Assembly (NCBI GenBank): GCA_002269645.1
Contig: NIVC01004593.1
Coordinates: forward strand, 1-41,051
DNA length: 41,051 nt
Source of the DNA: Macrostomum lignano
Lineage: Eukaryota
Direction of reading: 5' to 3'
Shown: piece after piece, positions 1 through 11,800 of the stretch
How the letters are laid out: every line of letters begins with the position of its first letter
How positions within the stretch are numbered: position 1 is the stretch's first letter
Program-made: the position numbers and the translations under genes
Notes under the pieces: model-generated
What the model was told of the DNA's origin: nothing
Database searches by the model: none
The model's input: the letters and a program-made list of their open reading frames with translations, nothing else

Positions 1-429
1 CACCAAGAAAATACTCACAGACTGGCAGCTGGTATAGCCGACCAAGAACAAAGTAGCAGCCAACCTAAATTCAAGATAACTCCAGTAGTATTTGAGACTC
101 TCCAGAAGCCAAAGATCCACTCAAGTTGAGTGGTTTCTCAAGATAAACTTTCCAAACATCAGAATTCAATCGGTCAAGAACATATATCATGGCGTTGGCT
201 CTGTGTGTTAACAACGAGCGAAAAGGACATGAACGCGCTGCTGACATCACCACTCATTGAACCGGAAATGGACAAACTGTGGATTGACGACTACAAGAAA
301 AAGACCAATTAAGCAAGGCGATGATGACTAATTTTTAAACCTCATAGTGGTGTTATACAAGCCATCTCCTACTTCAAATATAAAAATGAGGAGGCTGAGG
401 CGGACTGTGATGATGCTTTAGCCTACCTT

Positions 430-990
430 ATGGAAATCATCAACATAGATGCAACTATGGCAATAAGCAGTCTCAGGTCTGGGGGTGCACCTGGGCCAGA
501 CAATATCCCAAACATTGTTCTCAAAAAGGGCCTGAGACTAAACTCTATCAAAATTATCACAAAACTTTTCAATACCTGCTCCCTTCTGGGCTACTACCCG
601 CGGCTCTGGAAACAGGGTATTGTCAAAATGATTCCCAAACCTAATAAACCAAAACATCAAGTAGATAGCTACAGACCAATTTGTCTAACCTCATGCTTGG
701 GTAAACTTTATGTGAAAATACTTGCTAGGAATATTCGAACTATACTGGAAAACCTGAATATTATCAATGAAGATCAGTGCGCCTATATACAAGACCATTG
801 CACCTTGATAACATTGTCAGAATTACCGATGATGTGCTTAAGATGTTGCAGCTCACCCCAGTGGCACCGATATTATCGGTAGTAGATGTACCAATTGGGA
901 CCAATAATATCAGGCTTGCGAGCATGTCGTGTGTCAAGACGACACGATTTCTACCCGATAAATATCATACTGAGCTATGCATTAAATAGC
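430..990 (+). pseudogene. Non-LTR retrotransposon reverse transcriptase fragment (Jockey/I-like LINE), frameshifted and truncated
   Basis: ORF 430-882 has APGPDNIP, LFNTCSLLGYYPRLWKQGIVKMIPKPNK and YRPICLTSCLGKL (RT N-terminal motifs). It continues in another frame as DNIVRITDDVLK and then degenerates. Confidence 0.9.
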
Positions 991-1559
991 ATAGGGGCCA
1001 GTATATTATACCGGCTAGCTAACGAATCAAACGGCTCAGATTTAAATTTGTTTGACAAAATGAAAAAATTGACAAGTGATTGACAGAAAATGCAATGATG
1101 GAATTAATCCAATTGCATCTTGCACTTGCAGGAGGGAGCATAAATAGCAGATTTAATCAAACAAAATATTGTTGGGTCATTTGTACTTCATATTAGCTTA
1201 GGCCTAGTTATCCAATAAGACCAACAATCAGCATTATTCCTTGCCTACCTATTCTGCTATCCATATGAATTACTATACTATTTAATAAATTGGCAGTTTA
1301 TTACAGTTCTTGATTTTCATCTTTCTTGTAGCCTCAAGGTCATTTGTATGCAGAGTACTTAAATTTTTAAGTACTCTTACCTAGTACATTAGAAAATTAG
1401 AAAGCCCTGGCTATATAACATATTGGCTATAGCTTAAACTAGCTATTATTATTTTCAACTAGCCAGCTTAGCTATTTCACAGAGCAAGCCATACAAAACA
1501 AATTATTCAATATTTCCTTTTAAAATGTCTAGTCAACTTACCTGGATTTTCCCCTAGCC

Positions 1560-2240
1560 AACTCTTTGACTACCTGGCTGCCTATTCTCCCAATCTAGCT
1601 CTTCTTGGTCTCCTCCTAGTCTATTCTCTCTGACTGCTCTTCCTAGCTTGCTCTCGTCTCCCTAAACCTACTGCCATTAGCCTACTCTGCCTAGCCTACC
1701 CTCCCTAACTTGCTCCCTAGCCTACTTCTCTTGATCTGTACTCCATGGCTAGGTTTCACTAGCCTGACCATATCCTCCTAGTCACTTTTCCTGTCCATTT
1801 CTTTGGCTACCCCCTAGCCTATTCCTCATGGCTTGCTATTCTGCCTGGGTCACTGGCCTGCTCCTATGTCCAGCTCTGCTTGCCTTGCTCCCCTGGCCTG
1901 CTCTCAGCTCCCCCTGACCTGCTCCCAGCTCCCCCCTGACCTGCTCCCAGCTCCCTGGCCTGCTCCGCTGGTCTGCTTCCCTGACCTGCTCCCCTGGTCT
2001 GCTTCTCTGAACTGCTCCCCTGGCCTGCTCCCCTGGCCTGCTTCCCCTGGTCTGCTACCCACTGACCTGCTCACCTGGTCTGCTTCCCTGACCTGCTCCC
2101 CTGGTCTGCTTCCCTGACCTGCTCCCTGGCCTGCTCCGAGCTCCCCTGACCTGCTCCCCTGGCCTGCTCCGAGCTCCCCTGGCCTGCTCCGAGCTCCCCC
2201 TGGCCTGCTCCCCTGGTCTGCTCCCCTGACCTGCTCTCCC
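1560..2240. repeat. Pyrimidine-rich low-complexity tract grading into a ~13-15 bp minisatellite
   Basis: Repeated cctgacctgctccc / cctggcctgctccc / cctggtctgcttcc units, densest at about 1880-2240. Confidence 0.9.
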
Positions 2241-2499
2241 TGGCAGACTCTAATTATTATAGCACGGATGTTGCTGCTTTTGTGTTTTGATCCGGTGTGT
2301 TACGCCAGCAGTGTGATGCACGTTAATTATACCATTAACTTCTAGCATTCCAATCATCATGAAGCGAAAGGCATTCGAAACACGAAAGATTAGCGCCTGG
2401 ACGGCTTCTGTTAGAATGCATGGATCAAGATTCAGAACCTGTAAATATTCTTTACTCGTTGTCTCTATGCACTCTCTGTCTCACTGTGTACCTTAACGA

Positions 2500-2900
2500 G
2501 TTGCGACACCTTTGTCGTTATTGTTGAAAGTTACATGATATCCTACTTTATGATTAGGAAACATGGGGCACCGGTGTTGATACATCTTACCGACGCTCAG
2601 CTGTCCGAACGTCAACTTCTCCAGAACAAGGCACTTAAGATCACTTCTGATGCTCCAAATTACACTAAGACTAGCTATCTCCATCACATTACTAAAATGC
2701 CGATGATGAAAGAGCGCATCTGGGGCTTGGCCAAGCGCTGGTCAAAAAAAACTATTGCCAGCGGGGTCCACAGCTTCGACCTTGATATAAAACCTTGGGA
2801 TAGGAGGTTTCGGGTGCCTGCAGTGGCCCGCCTGAGAAATGTTTGGGATGCATGTACTTGTAATGATTTGAGCAACGTAATTGTTGCTGATTCCAAATAA
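2500..2900 (+). pseudogene. C-terminal (post-RT) part of a Jockey-like LINE ORF2
   Basis: QLLQNKALKITSDAPNYTKTSYLHHITKMPMMKERI matches the typical lQ.lQNk.LR.i..apwy..n..lh pattern. Same strand as the 430-990 RT. Confidence 0.75.
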
Positions 2901-3789
2901 AAGCTCTTTAACTAGTCATCACTGCTTCACTTTAAATTAATTTTCATTGAATGCTATTTACATCTGTTACTAAGTAATGTGCAATTGGCTGATAACTGTA
3001 GTCACTTGAAGTTCTCCTATATCCATGACATTACTTTTAACCAATATTTTAACTACCCAAATCTCCATGACAATACCTGTAACCAAAATTTTCATTGCTA
3101 ATAATTGAGATATCTTTTAACCCCACAATGTTAAATCTTAAATCATTGTACTATAGAATCCAACCATGACCAAATGAAGTGATTCTACATGTACTTTGTG
3201 CTCTCTCCTTTGTCATCAATCCTTCATCACCTGCATCTTTTTTATCTCATCTTTTTTTAGCTGTTTTATTGGATATAATTTATTTTATTCTGTTTTATTG
3301 AATTTCAAATATCAAATCTCCATTATCATTCGATTTGTTTTATACTGTACTTCGATTTACTTCTATAGATGCACTGTTTTATAATTCCCACATCATTTAA
3401 TACAATTTGTAACCAATACTAGTAAAAATATTTTGAAACCAAGCAATATACAGTGGCGTAAGAGCCGTCAAGGCTGAGGCGCCGGGCATTTTTTCTAAGC
3501 CCAAATACCTAACAATGAATGAATGCTCTTGGGAAAGCATCCGTTTGTGATCCCGTTTGCGAAAATTTGCTAACTCAGAACATTAATCAAGGAATTGGTA
3601 AGAGGCAGGGAAATTTTAGGGAAGTAAAGTAAAACTGTTAAGGTAGTCAATGCCGAGACAGTGCACAATGTAGTCAATGCCTAATTTCTCGCACAATTAA
3701 CTAAGTAAAGTAGCAGTAACCATTGCATGCTAACATTTTCTTTCTCTTCTGAAATAATAAGTTTCGGTAATTATTGGTTTTCCTGTGTC

Positions 3790-3929
3790 ACTCATTTTAT
3801 CTCTAACTACTAGGATTAGGAAACAGGAAGCCTGGTGGCAGCGAATCTACTAATCTCAAACCAGTATAATAAAATTCACTAAAAATCCAAACTAGAAAAC
3901 CAGTAGCTTAGACCGCTAAGACACGGCCC
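3790..3929 (-). mobile_element. Degenerate tRNA-derived SINE-like head
   Basis: Minus strand reads GGGCCGTGTCTTAGCGGTCTAAGCTACTGG (A-box-like), then an AT-rich stretch, then GTAGATTCGCTGCCACCA (degenerate B-box/acceptor). No clean cloverleaf. Confidence 0.4.
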
Positions 3930-3959
3930 ATACCATTCACATGTTTCCCTTTAACTTGC

Positions 3960-4075
3960 AGCATCGTCAGGTGCGATTGATATTTCAAATCCAAATCCAG
4001 ATTTAAACATAATTGCCAAATGTTTGTAATCATCTTCTTGTTTTTTGAATTTCTTAAGCGAGGTAGCATTCCTAA
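3960..4075 (-). pseudogene. Possible LINE ORF2 3' remnant
   Basis: Minus-strand FRNATSLKKFKKQ resembles the a.Sl..FK..l motif at the end of L2/CR1-type ORF2. Confidence 0.3.
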
Positions 4076-4192
4076 AATTTGACTAAAAGTTAACCAAGAA
4101 AATTTTCAGTTATCATACTATGCTCTGTTATTAGACTTACAGACTACAGTCTACAAACGTTAAAATTTGCTTGGTTAACTTTTGGTCAAATT
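4076..4192. repeat. 31-bp inverted repeat with 55-bp spacer (mini fold-back)
   Basis: aatttgactaaaagttaaccaagaaaatttt (4076-4106) against the reverse complement of 4162-4192, with two mismatches. Confidence 0.85.
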
Positions 4193-5253
4193 GATTTCAT
4201 AGATTTTCCGTACCTCAATTGGACAAAAGAGGACACTGGGTACGTAGAAGTCGCAGTTTACTTACAGGACGGAAATGGATCAAGTAGATCTATGACCGAT
4301 CTGAATGAGACGTTTAAAAAGGCAAGGAATCCGTTGATAAAATGTCTCGTTACAAAAAAAGTTTTTTTGCCGCTTCAAGTCCGGTTGGAATCGCGTGCCG
4401 CCTATGAGGAACATAACTACCGAGTATAAGCAAACCGACACATATTTAGTAGCCGAATGAGTAATTGCTTTACGGGCACAGCATGAATCAATGAATAAAA
4501 TGTATTCACAAATGAACCAGCCGTTAAGAATACTGTAGCTGTGCAATGGGTGTCTCTACGAATTTAGCTGGTATCGTTTGGCCCTTAGCTTAGCCCCACG
4601 GTAGTGGAAGCCTAGTAAAAAAATTACGTCCGGGTCAACGTACGGCCACTCGTTGGCCAGGTCAACTCCTCTGGTCTGTCAATCGTCACTTCTAGTAGCT
4701 CGTAAAATATTTATACCGCAATTTAAATGGCCCACTGTATCCTTCAGATTTTAATTGAGAATTTAATACTTGAAATCAAAGCGTTTCAGTTTAAGCTGTG
4801 AGTATCTTCTCACATCGTCTCATCGAAATGACGAAATTTTGATGTTGAAATTTAAACCTTGTATTTATTGCAGTTACTAAAAATCATGCTAGTAAATTAT
4901 TACTGTGGTAGCATAGCATTTGATTGTGAGACTGCATGAATATTGAATTATTAGCAAAAATTATGAGAACAGTATTTAGAGCAAAAAGTAAAAACGAAAA
5001 CAATACATCAAATGGATGAGCAAATATGGTGGGAATGTAGTAAATAATTTTGATTTCTCTGATTTCAATCGGCAGCCCTATGCCCTTATATAGTTATACC
5101 ATACTATCTACATCACAAGGTACCGTCTCTTAAAATTCGAGCTCGTCGACAACTAAGCTCCTAAAAGTTTAACAGCAGAAAGCCTGCGATTTCTGCTACT
5201 GTTTTTGTTCCACCATAAAATTGCAGTCGTATAATTATACAGACAGTTCAAGA

Positions 5254-5800
5254 CTAGCTCGTAAACAAGCCATCTACGATTACGTCTTCATTATCGTTAC
5301 AAAAACACTTTGAGCCACGTCGGACAGCAGGAGTTGAACTCAGCGATAATGCTGTGTTTGCTGTGGGCGACGCAGTCGCAGCGTAAGCAGCGGCATTGGA
5401 AGCCTGAATTTGGCCTTGTTCAGCAGCTACCGCTGCCGACTTCCGACGCTGAGTATGACCACCCTCACGGTCACCAGCGTGCTTCATTGCTGAGATGACC
5501 GCCTTCTCAGCATCCCGGTCACTTGGTCGCTCAGCGCCGTACAGAGATTCAATTACATGAGATTGTAAAATGAAATAAAAATTACATTTCACATTTAAGC
5601 TTTGCAAAGTACATATTCATCTAAGCATAGTCTTTCTCACCCATAAAAACTGGAAGCAACACCCACTGGAAGCAAGGTTGAGTATCAGTCAGGTCAGTGC
5701 TGCGAGATCGTTTTTTCATTTCTTTGCCGCTGTAGTTGATCTGTCGCTGCATCGGTACGGAAAGCACTCTGTCCAACATTCGGCCCAACGTAGCTCAAGG
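5254..5800 (-). pseudogene. DUF4806-like protein remnant (transposon accessory type), probably spliced
   Basis: TLGRMLDRVLSVPMQRQINYSGKEMKKRS (about 5790-5700), then EKAVISAMKHAGDREGGHTQRR (about 5520-5450). This matches the DUF4806-like pattern with a terminal A.DR.GG motif. An AT-rich intron-like gap lies between. Confidence 0.55.
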
Positions 5801-7435
5801 TACCACGCCAACCACTATCTCTAATGCTCCACATCAATGTACAACATCATGAACATTGTTTATTAAAATTTCTGCTCAACCATTTGTTTGTCTCTCTCTG
5901 TAAAAACCGATTTTGTGGGGGTGGGCGCTGGGCTTTAGGCGCTGGGCCTGGGTGGATCTAGGAACTAGGATACTCTTCCTGTAGAGTATTCCCTGGCTGC
6001 AGGTTCCTACTGGAAAAGAGGCGAAGGCACTCAAGCCAACAGACTGCCAGATAACTAAAAACCCAGGCAAGAAATTTGGAATCAAACTTAAACTTGTTTT
6101 ACTTTTTCTGTGGACTAAATCCATGGGACAGAAAAACTTCACGTGTTTCTGTCCCCAAGCAAACGTGCTGAAAAACGGATTTGTCAGAGAAAAAGTGTAA
6201 AGTTTTAATATGCATTCGCGATGCGGGATCTGAAGAGTGGAACAGAAAAATGAAGAAAGTTAGCACAAAGAAATAGGCTGTACAGGTCGAAATCGTTGGA
6301 AAAGCATTGAAATGTTGCTCACGCGAAAATTCTCAAGAGTCAATATTTTTAATCGGTAAAGTATTTCAACGGAGAATCCCAATTTGCGCAGACAGTTTTT
6401 TATCCCATCGGCGTCCATCAGGCAAAATTTTTTTGCGCTGGGTTCATCTATATGTAATTATCAATGTAAAGTGTATATTCTTTATTATTTCCTAAAATAT
6501 CGATCTTGTAATTAGAAAGTCTACTTTACTTCTATGCTTTCCATTTAATGCTGCTTGAAAACTTCCTTAAACAATATATTTATTAATTTGCATCATTTTT
6601 GTATCGATCAATTCTATAATGTATACTTATGCATAGATTGATTCCGGCATAAACAACCGCTCAATTAAGCAAGTAAGAATAAGTGTTTAACTAACAGTTT
6701 AACTAACTCAGCACCATCTATCTCACGATTGCTCTCCCCCCCCAATCAGCATTTTCTAGAGGTTTGGCCCCCCGGCCCCTTTACAGCAAGCTTTCCCCCC
6801 TTTAAAGCAAGCTATTGGTCTGCAAACCCCGGCCTGGACCATGCCTGGATCAAACAGAGGCTCGAAAAAAAACATTTTCTTATCGGGGGGCATGACGAGA
6901 CGGAGGCAGCTGTGGCCATAAAAAGTTCGGAAGGAGAGGCTCCAGAGGCTTGGAGGAGAATTGCTCCTCCACACGCTCTATCCCCCACAATGCGGTTCGA
7001 AATATTATTAAAATTGATACATACTCCCCCATTAGAGACTTTTAAATATAACAGCTGCTATCTTCAGACTCTCTGTCCCCCACCAACAGACTACCGATTT
7101 TTTCAATTGACTGTGCCATCTCTAGAAATAGTTTAATAACATAAATAGTCACCAGCTATGCGTGTGCCATCACTTTTTGACGACCTTGTAGGCTGGCTTT
7201 CGATGCTGTGTAAGGATTTGAAATTCTGAAATACAAAAATACCGTTTGCTGGAATAGTTGCTACAATTGTGACATAAAAGTGAACAGGTGTGTGCCAATC
7301 CAAAATTCGTAAACTAACGACTAGAAAATTACTTTCGGACAATAAAATTTGAGCAATCGACATATAGTGTTTCGTTCATTAAAAGTAAAGGACGCAAAGT
7401 GAATTTTTCGCAAGACGGAAAGAACGGAAGAAGAG

Positions 7436-7648
7436 ATGGCTACGGAGGAAGCAGAAGAAAAAGCTCTGAAGGAAGCGGAAGAGAAGGCTCGGAAGGAAGC
7501 GGAAGAGAATGCTCGGAAGGAGGCGAAAGAGAAAGCTTGGAAGGAGGCGGAAGAGAGAGCTGGAGACGAGGCAGAGACTATTAAGGAAAGAGCGACTAAG
7601 AAACGACGACGTAAAGGAAATGTAGGCGAATGCAGTGAAAAATGCTAA
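7436..7648 (+). CDS. Short ORF built from a 24-bp (KEAEEKAR) tandem repeat; coiled-coil remnant of unknown origin
   Basis: About five degenerate 8-aa units followed by a basic KKRRRK stretch. Confidence 0.35.
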   Translation: MATEEAEEKALKEAEEKARKEAEENARKEAKEKAWKEAEERAGDEAETIKERATKKRRRKGNVGECSEKC

Positions 7649-9168
7649 ATTTCTTAGGAGCTCAGTTTCTACGAAATGTCGCAGAACAGTATGCGAATAA
7701 GCAAAAAAGTAGTTTGTAACGAGAAGAAATGACTGTTCCGCTTTTGTAGACAAATCGATCTGCTTTCGGGTCTACTTAACTTTTTACTACTTTTGTCATC
7801 TTTTTGCGGCGTAATAATAATTAACAGATTCAATTAAGAGAAAAAATTCAATAAAGACAACATTAAAACAATATTCTTTAAAAATCGTCAAGAAGCAAGT
7901 CGAAAAAATTGATTGATATTCTCGTATTTCTACCCTCAACTTACGTCAAGCCCCTAAAATTACTTTAATATTTTACTATTCTACGCAGTTTTACTACTTA
8001 TTATACCACATTTTGTTCCGAGTGTTTTCGTACTGTACTAACAGTACTAACTTACTGTCCCACAACGACCATGGAATGTCTAATCAACTTGTGCATACAA
8101 GTATGACGAGTGGTGTACTGGTAAAATGAAGATTTATGAAATAGGAGAAGGAACGCAATTCAACCTTAATAAAATTTCTTTGTCCCGTAAAATGCTGATC
8201 GTGGATAACACACTTGTCTCCTGGCTTGGCCTGGCCTTGAAAGCAGGATCCTCAATGAAAGCCACAGTCAGTGCAGTAAGCAGGTTATCTGCTGTACAAG
8301 CGATATACACATAAGCGCGAAAGCGTCGCCAATCAGTGTCCGGCACGTCATTGGCCCAACCAGAATTTCGCAGCATGGCGAAGTTCAAAGACTCGCGGGG
8401 CATTCTTTTCTGAGAAAGGCCCCTAGAAGCCTGGAAAGTTGATGAGCGATACGATTGAAATAATGTCCAATAATGATTAACACGCTTCTATAGTCACAGC
8501 ATTCGCTCGTCACCAACTAAGCCGACAAATTTAAAGATAAATTCTTTAAAGGCCCATTCATACCGCCATCATGAAATGAGGCCAAGTTTCGTCTCCTCAC
8601 ACCTTTTGTGCATCAAATTTCATCCCTTGTTAACAATAGTCCTCCGAGTATATGCTGGCTGTTGTGTCTGCTCGAGTCGTTGCAGCTCAAGCAAGTCATC
8701 GAAATCTGGAATTCCCAACTCAGCTCTACGTAAGCGCGATCAGGGTGGCCGCGGTCAGGGAAAGTCAGGGAAATTCTTAGGAAGTCAGGGAAAATTTGAA
8801 AGTCAATTAGAAAATTTGAGAAAAAATTGTGAGACAAGAAAGAGGCTAATCGATAGCACTAAGTAGCTAGAATAGTAAATCATTTTTGTTTGTTCCATGT
8901 ATTGTTATTTTAATAGGCAGATACTTGTTCTTAAATGAATTATTTATTGGCTTGTACATATTGCTAATCTATAATTGCTGTGCTAATCACACTGACAGTA
9001 AAATATATAGTCCATACTATAATAATATGGTATTAACCAGGCCATTAATAGAAAGGTCCGTCTATATTTTGTTTTAATCACTATTTATTGCTATTCTTTT
9101 GTATAAACTTATATTGCGTTTAGGTTTTTAGTAGACTTATATACGAGCTAAATAAGTTGTTGCAAATA

Positions 9169-10487
9169 CGAGGGGTGATCAAAAAGTTCTGCAAGTTACC
9201 TCACAACTCTGTGCTACAGCAGCCGAGGCGTCTAATCAGTGTCACATTCCCTTAAAGTAGTTTCCGCCACTATCTATGCACCGTCGCATCCGTGTGCACC
9301 ATGTCTGAAAGCAGTCATGGTACTCCAAAGTTGGTATACCCTGTAGAGCTGAATTTACCGCTTGGGCAAAGTCTTGCATGCGTGAAAACGGCCTCCCAGA
9401 AATGACGGATTTGATCCTCGGGAACAGCCAAAAGTCGGAAGGTGCTAGGTCTAGAGAGTAGGGTGAATGGGGCAGCAGCTGGACCCCCTGCTGCTCCAGG
9501 TACGCCATGGTTGAGGCCGCTCTGTGCGGTGCCGCATTGTCATGGTGCAGCAGGAGTCGAGGTCCATGCTTGGTTCGCGCACGTTCCTGCCGCTCCTGCA
9601 GCACGCCTGGCAGAACAGTGTCTGTGTAGTACCTGGCAGTCACTGTGGCACCCGCTGGAAGGATGTTCACCGATACAACACCCTGAGAGTTGAAAAAAAT
9701 GGTGAACATCCGCTTCTGACTGCGGAATCCGGTCTTCAGCACCTCAGGCCTTGGCTCATCTTCTGCCAGCCAGACCATGTTGGACTGCTTATCCCTCATG
9801 GTAAAGAAGGAGATACAACATTTGTCTCCTGTGATGACATCTGACAGTTGTTGTGGGCCGTGGGGCTCAAACATTTGCAGCCACAAGCAACAGATGCGCA
9901 CCCTCTCTGCTTGCTGCTCCGGAGTGAGAAGATGGGGTACCCACCGAGCGCAGGTCTTTGTGCGGCCTAGTTGCTCATGCATGATGTTATGAGCACTTCC
10001 ATAGCTGACACCAAGCTCATAGGCAATGAATCTTAGCAAAAAGCTCCAATCCTCATGAATTATTGCATCGGCATGGGCCACGACATCTTCGGTCACGGAT
10101 GTCCGGGGTCGGCCAGACCTTGGTTCATCGTTGAAGCTGTCCCAGCCTTCCAAGAAATGGCGCAGCCAGCAGGCAACTGTGTCAAATGATGGAGCAGAGT
10201 CAGCTAAAACATTCACAAAACATGGTGTGAATCTCTGTCACTTTGCAACCAAGTTGCATGCACATAAAGATATAGAAGCGAACACTGTCTTTTGATGTTT
10301 CCATCAGCTACTGAAAACACATGGAAAATATATGGCTGTGAAATTTTAATGGAGCACATTTGGAAGCCAAAAATGCATATAAATATAGCAAACAGATATA
10401 GCCGCATATGTGTAAGTTTTTGGCTTTTGCTGATTCTATAACTAAAAGCTATAACAAAAGGTTGCAGAACTTTTTGATCACCCCTCG
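9169..10487 (-). mobile_element. Full-length mariner (Tc1/mariner, DD34D) transposon, 1319 bp
   Basis: Perfect 26-bp TIRs CGAGGGGTGATCAAAAAGTTCTGCAA (9169-9194 and 10462-10487), with TA on both sides (9167-68, 10488-89). Confidence 0.97.
9242..10304 (-). pseudogene. Mariner transposase with one +1 frameshift near 10217-10220
   Basis: METSKDSVRFYIF from 10304, then DEPRSGRP, ARWVPHLL, ITGD, HHDNAAPH and YSLDLAPSDFWLF. There are 34 residues between the 2nd and 3rd Asp. TGDETW is decayed to TGDKCC. Confidence 0.93.
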
Positions 10488-10568
10488 TACAAAATAGCTT
10501 GCTAATGTTACAAAGATTATTTTAATTTTATGTACACCTTACTACTAACTCCTTCCAGTTCCAGCCTT

Positions 10569-11800
10569 ATGAGTTCCGCTTCAAAAAAACAACTTACTAT
10601 GACAAGAAGTGGGAAGAGGAATTCCCCTGGGTGACTTCCTACTCGAGCAATCGAAATGCAGCTTACTGCAAAAGCTGCGAAAAGAAAGTCGAACTTTCCA
10701 ATATGGGAAAGACGGCCTTAACTTCTCATGCTAAAGGAAAAACTCATCTAAATCATCTAGTCGCAACAACATCAAGTATTCGAGCATTCCTTATGCCCTC
10801 GGGCAGCACTACTAATGGCGGTACTGTTGCTGCAGTTGCTGCTACAAATGACGAAGTACTAAAAGGCTTAAAAAACAGTGCTGAGCAAGCTTAGCTACTA
10901 TGGGTTATTTTACATGGTAGACTAGCACTTTTTATTTCGCTCAGCAGCTGGAATTACTGATCGATTCAAAGCCATGTTTACTGACAGTGCCATTGTAAAT
11001 GAAATGTCCCTTGGCTACGACAAAATCCGATACATAATCAACTTCGGATTGGCACCACTTCTAAAGGAGCAGTTAACAACTATTTTGAATAACCAACGGT
11101 TCTTTTCTGTTAACTTTGACGAGAGTTTAAACAAAATCATGCAGCAATCGAAAAAATGGACATTCATGTTCGTGTCTGGACTGAGGAGAAAGACTCAACT
11201 GAGCCTCCGGTAAAGACATTTTACTTCGATTCTCAATTTCTTCTTTCATGCACTGCAGCAAATCTCTTGGAGTCTTTCCTAGCATCTTTCAATGGCATCT
11301 CTGTCAGCAAGATATTACAAGTGGGCATGGATGGACCTAATGTCAACTGGGCCTTTCACAAGCTACTGGATGCCTATGTTGCTAGTAGTAGTGCTACGGA
11401 TGCAAAGATCATTCACTGCGGATCCTGCTCTCTACATCGAGTCCACAGAGCATTTAACCAGGGTGTCTTAGCCAGTGGTTGGGACATTAAAGCTATTTTG
11501 AGCTCCTTTTACTACCTGTTCAAAAATGCGCCTGCACGTCGCAGACTTCATTGAGGCCACAGGTACACGTGTGTTCCCTCTAAAGTTCTGTTGCCTGTCG
11601 TTGGCTAGAAAATGTCACTGTTGCTAAGCGTGCACTTGCCATTTGGCCCGACTTATGTACCTATGTACAAACTGCTTCACAGAATAAGGCAATGAAAGCA
11701 CAAGTCAGTGTCAACCGCCACATTGAGCTCCTGCAGTCTTGCACGAAAAGGCCATTGCAAGCGGCGAGGTTTGCATTTTTTATTTATTGCCAAGCCGAAT
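10569..11800 (+). pseudogene. hAT-family transposase with N-terminal BED-type zinc finger; multiple stops and frameshifts, 3' truncated
   Basis: KWEEEFPW..AYCKSCEK..ALTSHAKGKTH (BED-like); FSVNFDESLN; GMDGPNVN; CGSCSLHRVHRAF; PARR; FPLKFCCCRWLENV in shifted frames. Confidence 0.85.

Larger units (their letters stand above)
8741..11800 (+). mobile_element. Decayed hAT-superfamily DNA transposon; left end at 8741, right end not found; contains the nested mariner
   Basis: Starts CAGGGTGGCCGCGGTCAGGGAAAGTCAGGGAAA with repeated GTCAGGGAAA subterminal motifs typical of hAT ends. A transposase remnant lies downstream. Confidence 0.6.

Noticed and set aside
1833-2117. 94-aa Leu/Pro/Cys-rich ORF
   Set aside because: It is a translation of the CT minisatellite.
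3451-3495. CAGTGGCGTA.. MITE-like left end
   Set aside because: No matching right end nearby, so no element can be defined.
6729-7136. 135-aa ORF
   Set aside because: No recognisable motif; it overlaps C-rich MITE-like sequence ending ..CCTGGACCATGCCTG.
9442-9992. Plus-strand ORFs inside the mariner
   Set aside because: Antisense shadows of a GC-rich coding region.
9242-10216. Domesticated SETMAR-like gene
   Set aside because: No SET domain; the TIRs and TA duplication show an ordinary insertion.
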